Shown here: piece after piece, positions 8,855 to 14,641 of the stretch
How positions within the stretch are numbered: position 1 is the stretch's first letter
How the letters are laid out: every line of letters begins with the position of its first letter
Origin: Octopus sinensis
Taxonomy: Eukaryota
Length of the DNA: 14,641 bases
Direction of reading: 5' to 3'
NCBI RefSeq assembly: GCF_006345805.1
Contig: NW_021825736.1
Span: 1 to 14,641 of the forward strand
Position numbers and translations under genes: made by a program
The notes under the pieces: model-generated
What the model saw: only the letters and a program-made list of their open reading frames with translations
Database searches by the model: none
Told to the model about the DNA's origin: nothing

Positions 8855-10290
8855 TTTCAATTTTCTTCTGAGATTTTCAGTTGGCGTCAGGATCTTGCAG
8901 GGTTTTAATGTCTAGAGAAGGAGCGGATTTCCTCTATAGACCAGTCAAGAATCCTATACGTTAGTGTCAGTAGTGTTACTACAAATATAGTGTAGGGCAT
9001 TGTCTTGCTGTAAGAGAAAATCTTTGACTCCTATAGATTTTCAGTTCGAAAAAATTTGTTAGTCGCACTTTTTTATGAGAGCAACTTTGGAGCAAATTGA
9101 CAAACAATAAAGAGGTGATATTGAATCAGCGCGTATGTTATTATAAATGGTGTAATGATATAACTTTGTATATTAGTTATAAATACCTAGGTATTTTTAT
9201 CAATATTGAATTATTTGTTACATTGCGTGGAACAAAGAACACTGAAGTAAAGTAACTGTCGAATTTAAAAGTTTCCTTTGGACAAATTCTTTCCTGTAAT
9301 AACAAGAGATCTAGCAGTTTCCCACTACTATAACTCAGCAACGTGTGTCACCTGTTGTCATTTTCTTTACAAAAAGTATCCTTGTATATATCTGATAATT
9401 TTGGAAGAGAAGATTTAGTGCCGAAATAAATTGGAGAACAGTAAAGATATCCTCTTTTAATACTCCCTTTGCAATATATGTAATATCAATTACCCGTGTA
9501 AGGGTTGCTGAGCAGGACTGTTAACCTTTTCAATGGCAGCAGCCAAGGCAGCAGTTGTGGCAACCAACTACAGTGATTTCAGTATCCGTGAGAGGAGAAT
9601 TGAGTGCATTTCTGAAATCAAACACTGATGTTCCTTCCGTGTTTTTCAATTCTATTATCACACTTTATAAAATGGTCCCTGTATTCCTACAACCTGTTCT
9701 TTCGACTTACATGTTCCTCAATCACTAAAATGTTATATGAAATGGCAATGAAGGAATTTAAGACAGCTTGTGTACAGTTTCTACAAAAATTTTACAGCGC
9801 TGAATGGGCAGGGCTATTAAAGTCACACCATGGTTTAGCGCACCACCTGGTACCATGGGTACCTTCAGCGAAACTCACTCTGCTGCAAGCATTTGGCCTC
9901 AGTTTTAAAGGTACTTTCGAATTTCCCTTGTCTCAGAAGCCCTGTGAAGGGACATAGGCATTACTTTCTCTCGTGACTGAAAAACAAAGAAAGCAATAAG
10001 CTTAGAGTTCTTTTGTCTGTGCTATGGTAAAGCAAGACCTTAATAGTTCTTCGGAAGTGCGACTTTCTATAGGTCAAAATCTTTTACCAATTTTCAAGTA
10101 TTGTCTCTCCCTGGTACCTTCCTATTTTGCAGCTTTTCTATAACTTTAGCGAAAGTTACAACGTCGATTTTACTGTTGTTCGTAGAGAATTGTTTCTTGA
10201 TAATGGCTAAACATTAAGAATTCTGATAAAATTATCTCCTTTGATTCTAGATCTTAGACCAAAGAGATTTCAGATCTTCCGGAGAAATGA
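8855..10290 (-). mobile_element. Second, more decayed R4/Dong-like LINE relic, inverted relative to 6682-8005
   Basis: Reverse complement of ~8860-9075 aligns to ~7370-7585 (e.g. aggattcttgactggtctatagaggaaatcc vs aggatacttgattggtctgtagaggaaatcc). Minus translations: PEDLKSLWSKI*NQ...IKKQF...AKVIEKLQNRKVPGRD (from 10282; 'KAPGxD'); KLYTSCL; KHGRNISV. The 9075-9400 interval is not alignable by eye. Confidence 0.8.
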
Positions 10291-10385
10291 TTCTTTAGAC
10301 AAAAATATAGTTATTCTGTATTATCCTGTATACAAATGGTTGATTAGAAATATTTGTATTCATATATGTATCTGTGTTCGATTGT

Positions 10386-10410
10386 GTATGTATGCATGTA
10401 TGTATGTATG

Positions 10411-10444
<34 letters not shown>

Positions 10445-10570
10445 TGTATGTATGTATGTATGTATGTATGTATGTATGTATGTATGTATGTATGTATGTA
10501 TGCTTGTATGTATGTATGTATGTATTTATCTAAGTATGTATGTATGTATGTATGTAAGTGTGTGTGTGTG
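10386..10570. repeat. (TATG)n microsatellite, then (TG)n
   Basis: Tandem tetranucleotide, the reverse complement of the (TACA)n arrays. A shorter run occurs at ~10709-10743. Confidence 0.97.
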
Positions 10571-11018
10571 CGTTTATGTATGCAAGAGCACATATTTATG
10601 TGTGCATGTATGTTAATATATATGTATATATGTCAAAATACTGCAGGAACCCATGTGTATATATGTCAATATCTAGATGTGTATGTATGTGTGCAAGTAC
10701 CCACTTTTGTATGTATGTATGTATGTATGTATGTATGTATGTACGCATGTATTCAGTTTGTAATTCGTGAAAATAGTAATTTGACTCTTCGACATTAAAA
10801 TATTTTGTGGTTTAAAAAATAAATAACATTTTATATAATATACTTTTTCTCTTTAAACGTTCTGTATTCATAAATGCTTTTTTTTATGAAGTCTTCTTTT
10901 AAATAGCTGCTATTTATATGAGACGCTCAACATGTTTTATTGTTACATCTATTGCTGCAAATAAATAGCTTTCATAAATAGCTTATAGAATAATAAATAA
11001 TTTATAAAAACATAAATA

Positions 11019-11325
11019 AGAAGTTACACACGGAGGCACAACCAAAGTGCTTAATGAGATAGTTTACGTAGTAAATACGGGAAGAGTGAAACCAGAATTT
11101 CCATCAACACTCTATATGGTAGGAAGCAGCAAATCATGGCCAGGATTAGCTATGCTATACGGAGCATAAGAAAGGAATCTTCTAGGTGGCGCGGATGACG
11201 AGGAGCTCTCAGCAGTCCCAGGATCAACAAACAACCAGATATCATTAAGAAGACTGGCTTGAGGCCGGATATGATAATCCATGCCGATTCATCTCACAGT
11301 GACGTTTGAAAACAGAATAGAACAA
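11019..11325 (+). mobile_element. R2-superclade (HERO/NeSL-like) LINE fragment: restriction-like endonuclease region
   Basis: RSYTRRHNQ/VLNEI ('GRYTWRHNQVL'); NKQPDIIKKTGLRPDMIIHADS (RPD motif at 11262-11270); LTVTFENRIEQ ('VELTVPxExRI') at 11293-11325. Frameshifted. Confidence 0.75.
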
Positions 11326-11569
11326 CCCAGTCCGGCCCACGGACTGAGAGAAGAGTAGAGGAGGAACAAGAACACCTTCCTTACATTTTGAACATAATAT
11401 TTTGGTATTTTAACGCTAAGGGAGATAATTCTGTGTGAGTCATTCTGATAGCATTGACTTTTAACTGCTATCATAACAAGTAATGTTTTTTTCTTTTTTA
11501 ACTATAAGTTTGAAAGCTGAGTCAATGGAGTGAAGTTACAACTATATGAACTCTTCAAGTGATTTAAAT

Positions 11570-12275
11570 GCATACGACTTCGATATCCAAGAAGATAAAA
11601 AGTGCCAGCAATAGAATGGTCAGGAGTAATGACCCGTATGCAGTATGACCTCGTTAGAGTGTAAGAAGTTAAAGGATGAAACCCTTGCCAGAGGAGCCTC
11701 TGCTGTTCAGCTCTGTTGACACATGGCTAGATCACTGATTTCCGAGAACAGGCCGGAGGACGTCCGAGAAAGATCAAGGGATATAATGAACGACTAGAAA
11801 CACAAGCTCTGAGGCTTCGCTTCCGCTTTACCATCGATATTATAAGGTTACGAGTTCCAGCAATGAAAGATACTCTCAGAGTTCACCGAAAATGGGTGAG
11901 AATTATGAACCCATTGGTAAAATAAACCTTAGGAGTAGGAATCTAAATCGGATTATGAGCGCAAGACAAATGGGATTCTTATGTATTTGTAGAAGTAGCG
12001 TCTCCACTGTGTGCGGCATGAAGATCCACAGGTCGAAAAAGTTGAATGAACAGCATCGCATTTCTCCAGCTTATAAGACTTTGGAAAACCAAGACAAGTA
12101 TTCAAATAACACATGTTTTTGAGACAAGACGCTGTAAGCTCAGCTTGCCGCCTGCAAGTGCAAAAGAAGAAAGAAAGACCGGGAAATAGTTCAGGAACTG
12201 TGTGTGCTCATAGGAAAGAGCACTCTGGAACACAAGCCTGCTACATTCGGTAGATACCGGTGGAAACAATTCACT
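11570..12275 (+). mobile_element. Heavily decayed R2-superclade (HERO-like) LINE fragment ending in the CCHC region
   Basis: Best evidence at 12201-12272: CVLIGKSTLEHKPATFGRYRWKQ vs 'CxLCGKRGTLEHILSSC...GRYRWRH'. Weaker support from RTGRR (~11748) and EQHRIS (~12048). The 5' extent is uncertain. Confidence 0.5.
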
Positions 12276-12789
12276 GCTCTGAAAAACGGTTTTTCATTTT
12301 GAAGAGATGAATTCAATTGTTCCTGTTATCAAAAAAGTAGGAGACATAGTATACTTAAATAGAGTTCACAATAGATTGACAGATATCCTTGATTAATAGT
12401 ATCGGATTTATTTACGGTAAAAATAACCCGTCTATTATAAATTTTCACCACTGTTAAATGAACTGACCTGCCATTGGTTGCCACGTGACGCCATCAATGA
12501 TTTAGAGCAGTGTCATTGAGTGCCGATGGCATGTTTTGACCATTTTTTTTTATCTGCAAGTCTCACATTCTCTCAACTCAAATATCGGCAATTTTACATG
12601 CATTCTAGTTGCACAGTATTTCCTCTATCAAAAGTATTGTCGTGGCAAGGCAAAATAATGTATTGTGCAATATAGAAGAGTTATAACATTGTGTGGCTTT
12701 ACGTTGACATCATTTGTTTACGTAACTTTTATATTTCGTAATTGCTAGCAAATGATTTGATGCATAAGTAGTAAAACTGAATATTACAA

Positions 12790-13258
12790 ACGTTTAATAG
12801 ATTTTTTTGTTAATGCGTTTCTACAATATAAGAGCCTCTTATAATTTACTGCTGCTATATTTAAAACATGAACAATCTCTATCAAGTGTCGGTTTAACTG
12901 TTGATCATGTTTTCAATTGCATTAGGAACAATGGAAATTTTATGACAAGAAATCTATAAAATTCACATTTATAAATGGTTAAGAATATTTGCAATATTCA
13001 AGCGCACTTATGATTCCGCCATTCCTCAAAACCTGAAATATATTTTCTACGTGAAAATAGGATTTAACTAATGGCTATTTTAGCTGAAGTGGAATCACTA
13101 CAATAATTGGCATACAGTAGCTTTAGAAATCCTCTGCATTTTAAATAAAAATTCAAACTGTTATAAAGTTTTTCTCATCAATCATACATATTTCTGACAT
13201 GGCGCTAATGCTGCTTTTAAATTGAATGAGAAAATTGTTTTCCCGAATTTAGTTAAAA
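12790..13258 (+). repeat. Unclassified duplicated segment, copy 2 (paralog of 5290-5730)
   Basis: Colinear anchors with copy 1 (see findings). Confidence 0.8.
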
Positions 13259-13306
13259 CTCACCGACTTCAGATCTCTCTCCCTCTCTCTGAACCTCTGT
13301 ATCTGA

Positions 13307-13309
<3 letters not shown>

Positions 13310-13345
<36 letters not shown>

Positions 13346-13478
13346 GTACATACAGTCACATATATATGTATATGTTCATATATATTAACACACACGTATA
13401 TGTATATGCATATGTATGTGTATGTATGTATATATATGTATATATATACATACATACGTACATACATACATACATACG

Positions 13479-13513
<35 letters not shown>

Positions 13514-13520
13514 TATAATA

Positions 13521-13559
<39 letters not shown>

Positions 13560-13585
13560 TACATATATTTATATATGTATATATG
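13310..13585. repeat. Compound (TA)n/(TATG)n/(TACA)n microsatellite
   Basis: Seen directly. Confidence 0.93.
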
Positions 13586-13879
13586 TGCGTGCGTGTGGAT
13601 TCACATACGTGTACATAAGTATATAGGGGAGTAGCATAGTAGTTTGACTAAAGTCGTGTGTGATATTCAGAAGCGATTTGCTTAAAAGCAAAATTATGCA
13701 AATCTGGAACATAGGAGTGAAAACAGAAAATGGGACGATGGGACAATGGAACAACTCTTTACACTTTAAAAGTAAAGTGTAAACTGTTGTTCTTGTATTT
13801 GAACTCATTTATTTCGAAGATGCATTCTAGTAGCATTTAAACTATATAATTTAACTTCACCTCCATTTCTCTGGTGATA

Positions 13880-13951
13880 TGTATATATATATATATATAT
13901 TATATATATATAAGCACTCACACGTTTATATATATATATGCACACATATAC

Positions 13952-14018
<67 letters not shown>

Positions 14019-14145
14019 TTTATTATATATATATATATTAATATTGATATATATATTATATATATATATATATATTTTCAATACATATATATATATATAT
14101 ATATGCTCGCGCACACACAAACACACACACACGCACCCCCACACG

Positions 14146-14195
<50 letters not shown>
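13880..14195. repeat. Compound (TA)n/(CA)n microsatellite
   Basis: Seen directly. Confidence 0.93.
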
Positions 14196-14198
<3 letters not shown>

Positions 14199-14448
14199 GT
14201 GACCTTATTCATGTTTGTATACTACACTTCACAATATGTAGGGTAAAGCAGTAAATTTCTTACTACTTCTTCCTTACTACCCCTTCTATTCTTTCTCATC
14301 GCCCAATTGCATACTTTTTTATGCCCCCTTCTCTTCTCCTCTGTTTTTCCCACTTTCCGCTTTTTAAATTTTCGTCAAGATATTTTGCATTCTTATTAAT
14401 TTTGTATATTTTCTCTAACACATTCGTATACATCTCTCCAATTGTCAT

Positions 14449-14509
14449 ATTCTTCTTCTTCTTCTTCTTCTTCTTCTTCTTCTTCTTCTTCTTCTTCTCC
14501 TGTCTTCTT

Positions 14510-14540
<31 letters not shown>

Positions 14541-14641
14541 TTCTTATTCTTCTTCTTCTTCATCTTATTCTTCTTCTTCATATTAATAATAATAATAAAT
14601 ATTATTATTATTATTATTATTATTATTAAAGAATAATAATA
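14449..14641. repeat. (TTC)n followed by (AAT)n/(ATT)n microsatellites
   Basis: Seen directly. Explains the poly-F/S/L/E/K/N/I ORFs. Confidence 0.96.

Noticed and set aside
9181-9196. Perfect 16-bp palindrome aaatacctaggtattt
   Set aside because: Reads KYLGI on either strand and lies within the decayed LINE, so it is likely the YLG motif; short and AT-rich.
11328-11346. 7-bp GC-rich hairpin cagtccg-gccca-cggactg
   Set aside because: Too short, sits at a TE junction, and has no U-tract or other context.
12827-12843. Near-palindrome tataagag-c-ctcttata
   Set aside because: An 8-bp AT-rich stem, expected by chance and absent from paralog copy 1.
14321-14636. Poly-F/S/L/E/K/N ORFs
   Set aside because: Trinucleotide microsatellite read-through.
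1-14641. CRISPR array, rRNA, prokaryotic operon or hammerhead ribozyme
   Set aside because: No regularly spaced repeats with unique spacers, no rRNA-like sequence, no dense coding, and no hammerhead core found near the Penelope fragment or foldback.

Overview
AT-rich eukaryotic non-coding DNA dense in microsatellites and decayed transposons. The tRNA-derived SINE families and the (TA)n/(TACA)n/(TTA)n load look like an octopus (coleoid cephalopod) genome; this is recognition from memory, not a database result. No intact protein-coding gene is supportable, and most ORFs in the track are microsatellite read-through. Supported elements: a truncated mariner transposase pseudogene (- strand); a full-length SINE with a perfect 14-bp target-site duplication; three more SINE copies or fragments of a second family, two of them inverted; a third SINE type; an RTE/BovB-like LINE 3' end; two convergent R4/Dong-like LINE relics enclosing a Penelope-like RT fragment; and two R2/HERO-like fragments (CCHC region and restriction-like endonuclease). 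Structure not explained by these: a colinear ~450-bp paralogous pair 7.5 kb apart (5290-5730 vs 12790-13258), a 67-bp direct repeat with mostly synonymous-looking changes, a 151-bp foldback with a 43-bp stem, and a pri-miRNA-like hairpin at 13728-13810. Several non-TE fragments loosely resemble the C-terminus of an ANF-receptor/iGluR amino-terminal domain. That could mark a decayed tandem receptor gene array, but it is speculative.
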